The position numbers and the translations under genes are program-made. From contig CAJINV010000006.1 in the NCBI GenBank assembly GCA_905178155.1, positions 2,644,658-2,708,657 on the forward strand: a DNA stretch of 64,000 nucleotides, given 5' to 3'. The stretch's first letter is position 1. Every line of letters starts with the position of its first letter. Source of the stretch: Amoebophrya sp. A120. Lineage: Eukaryota; Protista; Dinoflagellata. This document shows positions 1 through 13,368 of the stretch, in pieces. The notes below the pieces were generated by a model. The model was not told the origin of the DNA and made no database searches. It saw only the letters and a list, made by a program, of their open reading frames with translations.

Positions 1-150
1 AGTTTCCTCTGCGAGAGGAACAAGCACCGATTTATTCCTCAGTTCGGCTCTCTATCTCATTCTATTAACCCAACAGCAGCGAAAATTGCGACTCACGTGT
101 GCATCGCGTAAATTCATTTTATCTCGGTGAGCAGACACAGATTCGTCGTT

Positions 151-3100
151 CTACTTCCCATAAATCCGGAAGTCCCCTTCCAGAGACGCCAGCATTTTCT
201 GGTTCCTCTCAAACACATCTGACAACAGACTGTCACTCTGGTTATAGTGGCGATTTAGCTGTTGAGACGTTGAAAAATTTTGCATGACAGAAGTGCCCAT
301 GGTAGAAGTTGCGGACAGATTTAGGAGCGATTTGTTCATCATCTGCGTTTGATGTTCTCTACTGCTTCCTTGCATGGTCGGCATAACTAATCCCGCGCTA
401 TTAGAAGAAGAAATGTTCTTGCTTGCCAACACCGCCGCAGCCGCCACGTCGTCCTTTGCGTTCCGGCCCAACAGCTATGACAGTGCACAGCTTCCCCGCC
501 GCGCCCTCATTTGTATAGCATGAACGGCAATACAAGCATCAGCAAGACAGCCGGTTTTGCATGACAATTTGGTACTAGATCGTAGTGCTACTTGGGCTAC
601 CAGAACTTGTCATGCATAATAGTGACAGGAGGGAAAGCGTGGAATTGGTATTCTGCATGAGAAATGTGAACGAGGGGGAGTTGTGCACTGTAATACCAGC
701 TCCGCCTGGCACCGGATCAGCTCACGTCGCGCCAGCCCCACACAGTCGATGTTCGCAAACGTTTCGTTCGAGATGGCGCCGGCGGTTTTCCGCAAGGGGG
801 AGTTTTGCTTTTGCTCTTCCGACTTCACTAGCACTTGATACTCAAAGATCACAGGAAAAAAGTATTACAGTTACAGATTTGTTGGAGTTTCATCATCACA
901 AAGTTGCTCGACATGGCAACGAAAACCTGTGATGCGCAGACTATAACGGAAAACACGCACGAAATGAGGCTGGCGCTGGTAAGCATTTTCTGCATGACAG
1001 AGGTTGTCTGTCTTGCTTGGCTTCTATCACGTTGTGTAAGTGTAACACTTTTTTCTTACGATATCAAAAACCTTGCACGCGCGCACGTACTCGAGAAACT
1101 CCTTTTCCAGCGCGATCTGGTTGGAAAACGACCGAACCATCCGGCCCTTTATGGGAGTGTCAGGATCGAAATCGACATAATCGAAAAATTTGCAATGCAT
1201 AAAATGTAGGGCCCGCAAGGCCTGTGTTGGAGAGGAGGCAAATGAGACCGATCGCAAGCCTGTTTAGCCCTATACATGTACTGCCAGAGTAGCATGACAG
1301 GCGCAATCTTCTTTGCCTACACAGCATGACAGACTGGGTTTTGGTGCTCCCAAAATTTGTCATGCGCCACTTAGAAACTGAGGCTCCAACTGGTATCGAT
1401 TTTATGCATCACAAATTATTTCGATTTTGTTAATTTCGATCCTGACGCTTCCATACCCTTCTCCACCGTCGTGATGACAAACTCGCTTCTATTATCCCGG
1501 GGAAACATCCCCCCTCCCTATATCGAAAAGGTACGTCGCAGAAAATTTGCAATGCTGATTTGCGACCACAAATGATCTCTGTCTTGCAAGAAGGCAATTC
1601 CACAGGCCCCGCCGCATTATGCAGGCGATTCGTTTGTGATGCTGTTTGGCCTACAGCGCAGACGTTTCTCATGCTAAGCGCCTAGGCCAAAACCTCTCTA
1701 CTCAGGCTTGATGTGGGCCTGCAGTCCTCTTCAGCAAGACAAATCTGATTTGTGTACTCAAATCCAGCATCACAAATTTCGTTTTCGATATGGGGAGGAG
1801 GGATTTTTCCTTTTGATATCTATCCTCGGCAAAGACGTACGACCCACGCTGCAGTCTGTAGTGGGAACAAGACGCGCTACACATCAAATGCCTATAACAA
1901 ACCTGGAGGCGCAGCGTAGGTTTGCTTACCTACAAAAGCAGCATCACAAAGCCACCGGCTCCTCCTGACTCCAGTACCACAGATGGAAAATGCCGACTAC
2001 CTATGGGAGGCCGCACAAGAGATGTATCGCGCATGCAAATATGCATGACAAATCTGGTCGGGCGGGAAGTACGTTTTTACACAGGATAGTTTCGGGACTT
2101 CGCCGTCCGCCCCGTCTCGTACTCCATTCGCGTTCCGTCGAGAAATTTCGCATCGTGAGAAAAATCAGTTGTCTCAGTCTCAACTTGTAATGCGCAACTT
2201 CCTTGAAACACTTGTTTGTCATGCTCGACAGGCAAGAAACCCTTCTTTCGTATCTGTTTTCCCACTTTGTGCCTGACGCATCACAGGTTTTCTCGTCTAT
2301 CACGCTGACCAACTTTGTGTTGCTGGGCCTACTTCTGCAAAGGTTTGAGACCGACACAGTTGGTTTCCTCACGATATTTCGCGCGGATCAGGTAGTTCGC
2401 CTGCGGATGGAGAGGGAAATGACCGCGTTCGTCCGGAGAAGTAGCAGTAGCGGCAGCAGCATTACAGTGCACACCCCCCCCCACCCCTCATTTGTCATGC
2501 AAAAACCCAAATCCAGTTGCTACCTTGTGGCACGACCGTGTGCATGACAAATTCCGGAAAAAATCCAAACAGTACCACACTCGGCGCATGAACTTGTCAT
2601 GCACAGGGTCCACCTGTACTGGTGTTTGTAATGCGGCTGATGCCATACGAATGGGGGGGAGGGGGAGTTGTGCACCCTCATAAGCAGGCTCGTAAAACTC
2701 GTAACACGCAAACCGCCCGACATTTTCCACAGACATTTCGTGTTTCAGGTGCAGGTTGCTTCTGTTCTTTTCCGTGAGAAAATCCCCGTTTGTGATGCCA
2801 GCCAGCTGCAACAGCGTTGACGTGGACGCATTTTTGATACTATGCGACGAAACCTGGCTGCGCTCCGAAAACGGCCGGGGTGGTGGGACTGATAAAAAAC
2901 ATGTCACGATGAAGCGATTTGCTTGTAGATCCAGCACTATGATTTTCCGCAAGAACAGTAGAACCTGCTAGTACTAGTAGATTGATCAAAGCTAAAAAGA
3001 CCGAAAAAAGTTGTTCTGCTCGAACAAGTAGACGCAAAGTGAATGGACAAAGATCAAGTATACCATCCCTCTTCCCCTCCGTGCCGCCAAACCACCGAAC

Positions 3101-6100
3101 CGCGTTCGCCAACAGCGGTAAATCGAATTCCGAGGCCACGAACCGGCGATTTGTCCGACCGCACCTCCAAAACTGGCCGTTGGAGTAGGATTCGTAACAG
3201 TTCATGGGTAGCACTTCCACCACCGAAGACAATGAGTCACCTCCTGCCTGTAGACACTCCATCGCCCAGATTTGCTCCTGCTTCGCAAAAAGTGTCAAAG
3301 AGCTGGTTATTGAAGACCCGCCAGGAGTGCTGTTGTATTCGGGTAGAGCCACGTAGCTTATCCTGTGTAAAAACGTCCCCACACCAGAGTCAAGATCTGC
3401 TAGACAAATCAACCAGCCTTGGTTGTCTGGCATGACAAGTTTGTCCTCGTAGTGTAATCCTGTTTAGCTAGTTCAGAAGCATCACAGATCTAGCAGAGCA
3501 TGCTGATTCTAGCATCACAAATTCCAAAATACGAATAGAAAACGCTTCTCATAGGGCTCCGCATGAGAAACATTTTTGGCATGCAGAATTGCATGACAAC
3601 TCTGGGGTGGGGACGTTTTTACTCGGGATATAGCTCGGCAAGGAATTATTTCTCACCCACACGGCCAGGACTGCACGCGAATTGCTCTTCTGCTCCACCA
3701 GTTCGTCTAGGCTGGCTGGATATGCATTCGGAAAACTCTTGTCCAGGTCTGGAAGATGAAAGCCAGGTTCTTTGTCATGCTTGCCTGACATGAGTTCAAA
3801 ACTTTGTCATGCTAGCTACGGAACGGCTCTGCTTGTCCTACTTTGTAGTGCAAACGAAACGCTCTCTGTCATTTGCACAATACGCAGCCCCTACACAGCA
3901 GCTTAGCACAAACTTCTCATGCTTGGCTGTGCACGAGGAGAGTAGACGCTTGTGGTTCTTTCCACCAAACTTCCATAAACAACTTTCCAGCCCCGGACAA
4001 CATCTTTGCAATGCGTACTGGCGACACGTGGTCGTCTGCGTAGACAGAGGAGTGTACATCACTTGTGGTTTTCTCCAACTTCATCGCGGACGGTAGCGGG
4101 GTGACGACCTCTGCATGCTCTTCCCCCGGAGCTGCACCAACGCTGCAGCTGATCTCGCATCTGGCTGCTAAATCTTGCAGCGTCGTCCGTAGTGAAGGAT
4201 TTAAATTTTGTTCCGCGAGTTGTCGTAGTTGCGCAGGTCGTGCTCCGTCGGAAGTAGCCTCCGCTGTTGTTGATCCTTGTTGCGCAGAAGGTGTGGTTGT
4301 AACACCACTCTGCAGTAGTTCCTCCAATAGCTTCTGCAAACACAGCCGCACCGGGTAGCGCCAGCACAGTGGAAGAGTGTCGTGATTCAGGAGATATCCT
4401 ATGTAAAAACATCCCCACCCCAGAGTTGTCATGCAGATTTGCAATGACAGGAACATTTGTAGTGCGCATCGCCAGGAGAGGCATTTTTAGTCGTGTTTTG
4501 GAACTTGTAATGCTGTAAACAGGATAAGGAGACGGATTTCTTGTGCTGCTTCCCTTGCTAAACTGCACGACAGTACAGCCTGCAACTTGTGATGCGTGAC
4601 ACCCAAAAGTTCTAGGTTTGTGTTGCAAAATCCCCATCTTGACTCTGGTGTGCGTGTGGGGACGTTTTTACTCAGGATAGGAGAAAGTACTGCTTCATCT
4701 TTTCGTGTTGGTACATGACGCCGATTTTCGTCGTTTTTGACCGCAGATCCGTCGTCGTCTTCACGGTGCGATTATCAAATGCAAATATCTTCCCTGGATG
4801 TCTGGAAATACCTGTAATGCTGAATGGGCATGAAGATTGATTGAGGGCGTCTTCAAGTGCAATGAAGCATGACATTGGTGATCTACGGGCAGGACGTCCA
4901 TGACGCATGAAAAATTTTTCAAACGCTTTGTCCTCATGCGCAGTGCGCACTGCAAGGTCAGCGACTTTGCATGACGAAAGTGCGGCGCTTTACGTGCTGC
5001 TTCTACAATACAGATTTTTCACGAATTCGAAACACTCAACACAGAGCCAACCTTTCCAGACGTCCAGTCATCTTTGCACTGGATAGCGGTGGTCCGGAAT
5101 CAAGCAAGGCCAGGCGACCTCGACGAGGAGCAGCAAAGGTGAAGAACCGGAAGACAATGTCCTGCTCGTCGTCGTCGCACCTTGCCCTTTCTCTTCCGAC
5201 GCGCCGCCCGCATGAGAAGTTTCGTCTTCTCGTGGTCGCTGTTGTTGCAACAAAATAGGGTCGTTTTCAAAAAGGTTTCGCGCGGAACTGGTAATCACGT
5301 GGACTTTTACGACCGTGTCCCCGTCGGACGAGGCGATTTGTGTGGTCAGTTCCCCAACTCGACTGACACTTCTCGTCGTCCCTGACGGCCACCGTGCGTG
5401 CTCCTGTTTCGTGTAGCGGTCGAGGTAGCAAGTGGTAGTTTCTGTTGCTTGTCTCCCTACGTCCTCGCTTGATAGTTTCGTCGCAGTCGCAGTGTGGCGG
5501 TTGTGCGGCCTTCTATAATTGCTGCTGCTCGACGAAGCAGAGTGTGAAGATCCGCCATAGAAGTTGTTCCCCGGTGCTGGCGGTACGCAGATTGGTTCAG
5601 GGAGGTACTGGTTCGCGATTTTTACACAACACGCCAGTTTCTGCCGGATTTCCGTTATCACACGAAAAAAGTGTTACAGTGACACATTTTTCTGTGGTCA
5701 ATTCAGCAACACAAATTTTCTCCGCATGCGAAAGAAAACTTGGAATGCAAAGATCATAAGGGAAAACAGGTATGAACAAACGAGGCTCAAAGCCAAAAGC
5801 ATTTCTGGCATGACAGAGGTTGTCAGTCATGCAGGGCCTGCAAAGACGATGTGCGTAACTGTAACACTTTTTTCTCGTGATATCCGTGACCGCGTTTTCA
5901 ATGTTCCCGTTCAGCAAGGTCCTGTATGAAATGCAAAAGCATCGCACTAGTACTAGACCATTACGCCGGCGTCCAGGACGCCGGCGATAGGTGGCCTAGT
6001 AAGTCTAAACGCAACTACCAAGCAAACTAACAACAAAGAGGAAAAAACTTGGAGAGCGTTGGGCTGAAGACTAGTCGAAAGAGTCCCGCTCTTGGGAATC

Positions 6101-7081
6101 TGCTAGCGGAAACGCGGCCACTATTCGAAGCCCTTCGGGCCGCGGTTTTAGCATGACAAAACGGGCCCGCACTTGCTACTGAAGCCCTTCCCTAGTAGCG
6201 GCCCACATTAGTGGACGCGCGCGCCTTCGCTTCCGGGGCTTCTTCCTAACTAGCTCGCCCCCGTTCGACCCCCCCGGCCGCCGGCCTTGGCCTCGGCCCG
6301 GTCCCCCGCTTTTGGGCTTCCTGCCCTGCCAGCCTGATGTCTAGAGAAGACCTCTGCCCAGATATATCCCCAGATATATCCCCAGATATATCCCCAGATA
6401 TATCCCCAGATGCGGGAAGGGCCGCCCTTTTCATTTTGCATGCCGAGCTTCATCGCCCCCCCCCTACCCCCCCAAACGGGGCCGGTCTTTGGGGGTAGCC
6501 AGAATAGACCTGCTAAAAACCGGCCGGACCACCGCCCGCGTGGAAGACCTGCAGGATGTTTGTTCCCCGCGATGCCTTTTTTTTTCTTCCGCGTGTTCTT
6601 TTAGAAGCTTCCCTTAAGGGCCCCCTTAAGGGAAGTTTCTAGATGCCCTTTTTTCTAGAATTCATTTTCTAAGGGCGCCCCTATAATCTATAAGGGCGAA
6701 AAATCCGAGTAAAAATTCTATAGTGTTATTTTATAAAATGCATTGCAAATTTCCTTAGCGTGACAGATAAAATTGGTAATGCTGTTTTAGCTAAGGAAGG
6801 CGATTTGTCATGCATGTCTGCAATTAGTACGAGCTCGATACTTTTGCACAGCATATCCTGGTCCGCTTCCCAACTTTGTCAAAATAAGACACCGCTTTCA
6901 ACCGAGGCTGCAGAATCAGCCCCGTGTGGTCCTCAAACTTGGCCTCGACGCGACCGTTGGGCGAGATGATGATCCGGGTGGGGGCAGCGGCGGTGGAGGG
7001 GGAGAAAGCCACGGAGCTTCCAGATGCTGATTGCGCACCTGCTCCGGAGGTCCCAGTGGGAGGCGGTATAATCGGCGCCAT
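151..7081 (-). CDS. C5orf34-like protein (DUF4524/DUF4520-like), multi-exon
   Basis: I removed TAT..ATA elements at 5925-6855, 5656-5882, 4773-5085, 4395-4679, 3721-4017, 3359-3630, 2460-2682, 2151-2376, 1490-2088 (nested), 1150-1455, 847-1063 and 476-695, plus 5 nt each. This joins MAPIIPP..PTRIIISPNGRVEAKFEDHTGLILQPRLKAVSYFDKVGKRTR|TLLNGNIENAVT|EIRQKLACCVKIANQYLPEP ... EMSVENVGRFACYEF..LIRAK|FLDGTRMEY..EFVITTVEK|GRMVRSF..FLEYVRACKVF|EYQV..stop at 151. N- and C-terminal motifs resemble C5orf34 from memory. The frame across about 2700-3200 is not resolved (candidate GT-AG intron 2965-3063). Confidence 0.7.
5656..5882. mobile_element. Introner family F5 representative (TIR TATCACGAGAAAAAAGTGTTACAGTTACACA)
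   Basis: Other copies at 847, 8329 and 9829; related copies at 40880 and 63436. Confidence 0.88.
5953..6733 (-). mobile_element. Non-autonomous Helitron-like insertion nested inside an introner
   Basis: It splits the 5925-6855 element, whose halves rejoin to the family consensus. On the minus strand it ends in CTAG (5953-5956), preceded by a perfect 11-bp GC hairpin (5964-5986). It is inserted between A and T with no target-site duplication. The 5' end lacks the canonical TC. Confidence 0.6.
6357..6411. repeat. Tandem 12-mer (cccagatatatc) x~4.5
   Basis: Directly visible, inside the Helitron-like insert. A nearby palindrome agaagcttcccttaagggcccccttaagggaagtttct lies at about 6603-6640. Confidence 0.9.
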
Positions 7082-7738
7082 CATTCTTGATCTCGTGGTT
7101 CTTTAGTAATTGCTTTACTGCAATTGGTGTTTTGTCCTGCTGTTCCGTGCGACCACTTTTAGAAGCTGGTGTGTTATCTATTCACACGCGCGGGGGCAAC
7201 ATCGACGCACCACAAGTAAGAAAGTCACTTGCAAAAGATGCTTTGAGTTATTTCTTTGAAGCCTCTTTTCTTCTCAAGAAACGTCTACTCCAAAAAAGAA
7301 CTCAGACGGCCCGTACTTATTCATTTCGAGATTTGTAAGGAATAAAGCAAAGAAAATTCTATCAACTAGAAGACTCGATCAATCCCCTCAAGTAGTGCAT
7401 AGATAGACCAATCACGAACGACCGGCCGCACAGCGCTTGCGCACGCTTCGGTTACAAGAAAATTTTTTTACACGGCTGAACAACATCAAATCTGAAGACT
7501 CGTCGAACCGGCAGAGCGAAGCACTCGGGCACCCAAGTGCCTTTTTCTGCGATTCATCTCTTTGCAAAGAAAGTGACGCTTTGTTTTCGTAAGCGAGGGG
7601 CTTCTGATGATGTGCACGGACGTATATTAATATTTTTAGTTTATTTTAAGCCGCTTTACTAAGTAGTCATCCAGCCTTAGTTTCGATCACCACGAACACA
7701 GTTCAATTCCACTTCGCGCTCCTTGTTGTGGTCCCCTC

Positions 7739-10067
7739 TCAATGTTGATCCCAGCTGGCAAATTCTTGGACGAGCAATTGCAGCAGCTCCGGACAGGTTT
7801 GTTGCATGAAGTGCCCCTTGTTCTCAAACACGATGGCCTGGTAGAAGCCGTTCCTATTTTCCTTCTTCGGGTTTGGCGTAATTTCGTCCCCATGATCATT
7901 CCCGTGCTGATTGTTCCGCATGACAAGGTCCAGGCAGCTCGCAACCTCGTCGAACTCGCGCCGTGGTATGAAGGGATCGTCCGACCCGCAAATGGAGAAA
8001 ATTTTTCCCGCATGCATTGCAAATATGACTGGGTCTGGAAACTTGTCATGCTGAGTTGCGGACGACTGAAGCGCTTGCAATGGCAGCCAAGCATGACAAA
8101 ATTTTTTCGGACACGCCTGCTGATGCCTAGGACGCGTCACAAATTACGTTTTTGCATGACAACGGAAGCTGCTCTTTTGTTGCTCTTGCAACACAGATTT
8201 TCCAGGAATGCAAGACATGCATTACAAGTTCCACCTGTCGTGGTCCCGACCCAGATATATTTGCACTGGATATCCCGCGTTTCCCCTCATCCTCTCCCAC
8301 TGCCACGGCTTATCCGGGAGTCCGTTTATATCACGAGAAAAAAGTGTTACAGTTACACATTTGTTGGAGGCTCTGCATCACAAATTTTCTCTGTGTGGCA
8401 GGGAAAACTTGTAATGCGAATATCATAAGGGAAATAAAACAGGAAGGAAATGAGGCTCCCAAGTATTTCCTGCATGAGAAAGGTTATCTGTGTTGCCGGT
8501 CTTGCATAGACTATGTGTGTAACTGTAACACTTTTATTTTCCTGTGATACTTTGGCTGTTTGGGATAGTACCCGGACTCCAGCTCGTTGCTGTTGTTCAG
8601 ATGCGTTACACAGGGCGAGATCAGGTAGAATACGGGCTTGGTGCACAGGACTTCAAAACTAGTACCGGCCGCGTCGTTATAATTTGGGCACAGTTTCTAT
8701 CAACTGTACATAGGTCTGGGTCTGGCAATTTGTGATGCCAAAGCATGGATGAGTCTGGTGCTTTCAAAAAGTGCAGCCAAGCATGACAAGTTTAGTTGGC
8801 GCCGTCTGATGCGTAGCACGCATGACAAGCTGCTGCGTTTTTGCATCACAAAAGAGTCGCCCGTTTGATGGCTATGCAATACAGAGTTTTCAGAAATGCA
8901 GGACATGCAACACAAGTTCCACCTTTCCAGACCCAGACATATTTGCAATGGATAGATTCTCCCGCAGAAACGCCGGGTCCATCACCTCCGCCAGGCGCAT
9001 CAAGCACTGCGCGCCGGAACTGTGCCCCAGGAGAAGGAGCGAGATGTTCGCTTTCTTTGTGCTACGTGGAGGTCTAGCACCGTGTTCTTGACCGACTGGT
9101 GCACCGACAACTTCGGAAACGTCTTCCACCTCTAATTCGTTTGCCAAGTGGTCCTCGATCTCTTCGCGCAAGGATTTCACCACAAACGGAATCCACACGT
9201 ATCAAATGCAAAAATGTCTGGGTCTGGAAGACTGCGAGACTTGTCATGCTTGTCTGGGATGACCAAAAAGTTTGCGATGCGTGTCCAAGAAGAGACAGAC
9301 CCTTTTGCCTGTCGTGCAAAAACGCAGTTTGTCATGCGAAAAACGCAACACAAAGAAGCGCAGATATTTCGCATGCGTGGCTGTGCATTATAGAGCACTC
9401 CCCATCCCCAGCGCAGCATCACAAGTTTCCAGACCCAGACACTTTTGCAGCTGATAACACGCTCGCTCGCGCGACGTCTGGATCGGGCATCGGCTTGCAG
9501 ATCACGCTACTCAGGTTCGGCACGCAGGTCTGGAGCTGCTGCGCGAGCCACAGATACTATGAAAGTGCACAACCCCCCTCCCCCTCATTTGTGATGCAAA
9601 ATACCGAATCCACCACTTGTGCTGAAGCACTGTTTGCATGACAACTCTCGGAACCTGAAACAGTACTACAGTTCGTGTGTTGATTTGTCATGCAGAAGGC
9701 CCATTTCTGCCGTTGCTTGTGTTGCCGTTCATGCATTACAAATGAGGAGGAGGGGGAGTTGTGCATTGTCATAGATACCAGTTGGCGCCCACAAGCGTGT
9801 CCTCGTCGCACCCGTTGCCAGGCAGAATTATCGCAAGAAAAAAGTGTTAAAGATACACACTGTGTTGCAGGCCAAGCAAGACAGACCAGCTCTGTCATGT
9901 CGGATATGCATAGGAGCTTCGTTTCATAGGCGTTTTCCCTTAGGATTTCTGCATTGCAAGTCTTCTCTCTCATGCAGAGGAATTTGCGTTGCTGAATTGA
10001 CAACAAATGTGTAACTGTAGCACTTTTTTCGTGGGATAAGAATCATCGCGATGTTAATCCTTGGCAT
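7739..10067 (-). CDS. RBBP9: RBBP9/YdeN-like alpha/beta serine hydrolase, 7 exons
   Basis: Elements at 9829-10038, 9558-9773, 9200-9456, 8698-8954, 8329-8549 and 8011-8272 removed. Result: MPRINIAMIL|PGNGCDEDTLVGANWY|LWLAQQL..PMPDPDVARASV|WIPFV..LLGHSSGAQCLMRLAE..ELESGYYP..KPWQWERMRGNA|GKIFSICGSDDPFIP..KGHF. The PGNG, MPDP, GHSSG nucleophile, DDP and GHF motifs are in RBBP9 order. Confidence 0.9.
9558..9773. mobile_element. Introner family F6 representative (TIR TATGAAAGTGCACAACTCCCCCTCCCCCTCA)
   Basis: Other copies at 476, 2460, 26807 and 32109. Confidence 0.88.
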
Positions 10068-12173
10068 GGTCTTTGCAAAGCCGCCGGGCGGCGCTGCAAA
10101 AATCCTCCGTGGCGCAATGCGCAAAAGAAGTTCGTCCCGGGCAAGTAAGTAAGGAAGTATCTTTTTCCAAGCCGATAAAATTATATGCGGGGTTTTTCTA
10201 CTTCGACGAGCACAAGATAAGTACGTGCGCAAGTCTATTCCTTTTTCACTTTCTAGCACGGCGTTGCTTTGAGTAACGAACTGGAGAGGCGGCCCTTGTT
10301 GAAAACCACTTCTACCCGGTCGGGCGCTGAAAGTCGCAGCATTGCTGTGTAAAAGTGCTTCAGTACACGAGAAAACTGCGGTTGGAGTCCGGCAAAAAAA
10401 AAGCGCAAATAATGTTAAACCCTGATAGAACCAAACTCTTAGCAGTCGTGGCGCGCGCGGCGTGCAGCTAAGCCGTGGCCGTAACCTCGAGGAGCTGAGT
10501 TTGGGTCTCACGCGGCGGCGCCGCTGCTTTTGCGATTTTTGTCCTACCGCATCACCTAAAGCGCTGCACCGGGCGCGCAGCTTGGTTTGGGGAGGGAAGG
10601 TTCGTTCGGTTTTTCCGCGCAACCCGGACCGCTCTCCTGCGTTCGCAGCTTTTGCTGGTTCGGCGGCAATGCACCTTCATCCCTGCTGCGCGCTCGAGAA
10701 CTTCAAGTCGGGGCGCGCCCCGAGAGGGCCGGCCGCGGCGCACCGTCAGAGAAGGTCCGCAGACCAGAGCACGCTCGCGGCGAGCGACAATGTGAAGCCG
10801 GCGCAGCTTGCCGCTGCGGCGCCCGGCGTAAGCAAAGGCCCGCGCCGGGGCCCCGGCGCAAAATACCACCGGGCGGGGCTTTGGCAATTGCCCCGCGCCC
10901 TCTTGCGCCTGCTCCGCCCGAGCCGGCAGCCTTGGGCCCGCGCGGGGAAGGGTTACCCGCGCGCGCGGTAGCCCGCTTAAAACGCCGCCCGGCGGCGCTC
11001 TGAAAATGGCTCTGCGCCTTGTTTTCCTCGGCGGCCGGAAGGCCCGCGCCCGAAGCTAGCAGCCCAATTGGCAAAGGGCCAGGGAGCCCACCGAAGCAGC
11101 CGGTGCCCTTTCCGGCGGCCAACGCCCGGTCGAGTAGTTTAGCGCCGTCGCTGCACGGTTCGGCGCCCGTATCGCCTGCTGCGGTGGCCTTGGCCATGGC
11201 GCGCCGCGGCTGGTCTGGCCCTTGCCCGGGATCCGATGCAAAGCACCGCCGCGCGGCACCCTAGCGGCGACAGCGATGCCTCCACCTATGGACGGGGGCG
11301 GGGGCACTCCGCGCCGGCGTTTTTCTGGTTGGGGATAGAGGGCAGCACACGTTTTCCGCGCCCGCGTTTGCGGGCCGCAGTAGGCAGGCCTCGGAGCCGA
11401 GGCGGAAATAGATCTGCGGGCCACGTTATTCCGTCGGTTTTGCTGTTTCTTCCGATCCGCGGAACCACAGAGAAGACCAGCTGCAGCCTGATCCAGCTGC
11501 CCTCTTGATAAGTGACAAAATCCGCCGGAGTTGCCTTCTCCTCCCATGGTAAACATACCCGAAAAAGCCGGACAGAAACGGTGGCCAGAGGATGCCCTAA
11601 GCATGTGTATGCCCATTCTTCATATTGGCTAGGTTTCCACGCCTCTGGGTGACCCATGAGTGGGGGGCTCCCAAAAAAGTGAAAAACTAATCCAGTCCAT
11701 TTTTTCGGATTATGTTGATCAGCTGCCATCATGTGAAGACTGTCGGCAATATAAAGATAGATCATTGCGCTTTTCACAAATCATCTTCGTATACAAATGC
11801 AGAACATCATCTAAATCAGCAAAATTGTCAATTTTTCAAAAATTGAAAAATTCAACATTTTTTAGGATTACAAGTCTGGTGGTAAAATTTGCCTTTAAAG
11901 TCCCAGAGAGTCAATAGATAATATGTATTCACGTGTCTTGATATGCTATAACACTTTAAATCATTGGGCTGCGCTAAAATCCCACAAAAAATAAAAAATA
12001 TCAAAAAACGATCCAAGGATTTTTGTTTGAAATGTGTTGCATATTCCTGAAAAATGCATAATGGGAAGTGTTTGCGATACGCAGTCACTTACTATGTTTG
12101 TACTTATTCACTTACGGAAGCCACCTGCCATCAATATTGTGAGAAAGTAAGTCATTTTCAAAAAAATCAATTA

Positions 12174-12358
12174 GAGGGACGAGCCCGCCGCCTTTATTTC
12201 GGCAGGACCATGCCGGTGCATCTGAGTGTAGTCCAGTACGAGCGCTGAACGCGAGCGGTATTTGCGCGCCGCGCGCCTGTATGCATGCAAATAGATATAG
12301 CTCAAGGGTAGCAGGACCTCGAAGCACTCCAGCTCGCGTAGCTGGTGGCTTTTTCTTG
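12174..12358 (+). repeat. Split direct repeat A1
   Basis: 185 bp, matches 13168-13352 with 4 mismatches. Confidence 0.95.
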
Positions 12359-12986
12359 GTTTCACGGTCTCGCCGTCCGTGCCCACTGCCGGCGCTAATC
12401 TCCGGCGTCGCTCCATGGTAGCACAGCTGACGGAGGCTAGGTTGTGATTGAGGCTGGTCCACAAGTGTGGCAGCACAGTGTACAGGCAGGTAGCCAGGTA
12501 GAGAAGTGCGGTTTAGTGCGAAGTGTGCACAGGTGCGAATGCGTGTTGCAGCGTCCTAGGTGGATGTAGGCTGATACAGTGGCTGCAGAGCATATGGCGT
12601 CAGCGCTGCCCTCGGGGAGTCGGTAGTTTCTCGTCCAGGCGAGGATCACCTCTCCGGTGGTGCGCCCCCACTCGTGTGACGGGTCTGACGGTGGAACTTG
12701 CTTCGCTGTTAGCACCAGGCTGCGCGCGTGGCGCTGCTTATCGACTCGTCGAGAGGCAGTGCTGCGTGCCTGTTGTTGTCGAAAGCGGGCATCAGATATG
12801 CTTGCTAAGGCGCCGCAGCCAGTGTTGTGTGCAGCTCACGATGAGCGAGTAGTAGGATGTCAAAACGCGGCACCAGCATGCGTCGCTGTAGGTCTTCGAG
12901 ACGCTCGCGTCGTCGAGCGGGGTGGGGGAGTTCCAGATGCGCCTCAGTCGGCGCCCTCTCCTCGTGGTCGAGCGTAGGTGGCGAAA

Positions 12987-13158
12987 GGCCCTCCCCCGTG
13001 GTGTTTGGATTCGACGTGCGAAACGCCTTCCGGTCTGCGTTGCGAAGCTGGTATCCCGTCGGCGGGCTCGGCGATCGTTTCTCGCGTGGCCAGTAGTCCA
13101 CATTCGTGTCATCACATCAATGTAAATGTACACCAAGCTAGACATGCAAGAAATAAAG
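12987..13158 (+). repeat. Split direct repeat B1
   Basis: 172 bp, matches 20007-20178 with 1 mismatch. Confidence 0.95.
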
Positions 13159-13167
13159 GAGAGCGGC

Positions 13168-13352
13168 GAGGGACGAGCCCGCCGCCTTTATTTCGGCAGG
13201 ACCATGCCGGTGCATCTGAGTGTAGTCCAGTACGAGCGCTGAACGCGAGCGGTATTTGCGCGTCGCGCGCCTGTATACATACAAATAGATATAGCTCAAG
13301 GGTAGCAGGACCTCGAAGAACTCCAGCTCGCGTAGCTGGTGGCTTTTTCTTG
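13168..13352 (+). repeat. Split direct repeat A2
   Basis: Copy of 12174-12358; follows B1 after 9 nt. Confidence 0.95.
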
Positions 13353-13368
13353 CCCACCCACCCGCGCC

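Noticed and set aside
8011-8272. TGCATG as Rbfox splicing enhancer sites
   Set aside because: The hexamer is just part of the shared nonamer and occurs in both orientations; nothing here indicates such a factor.
10462-11616. Overlapping GC-rich ORFs on both strands
   Set aside because: They are Ala/Arg/Pro-rich frames expected from high GC, with no domain motifs.
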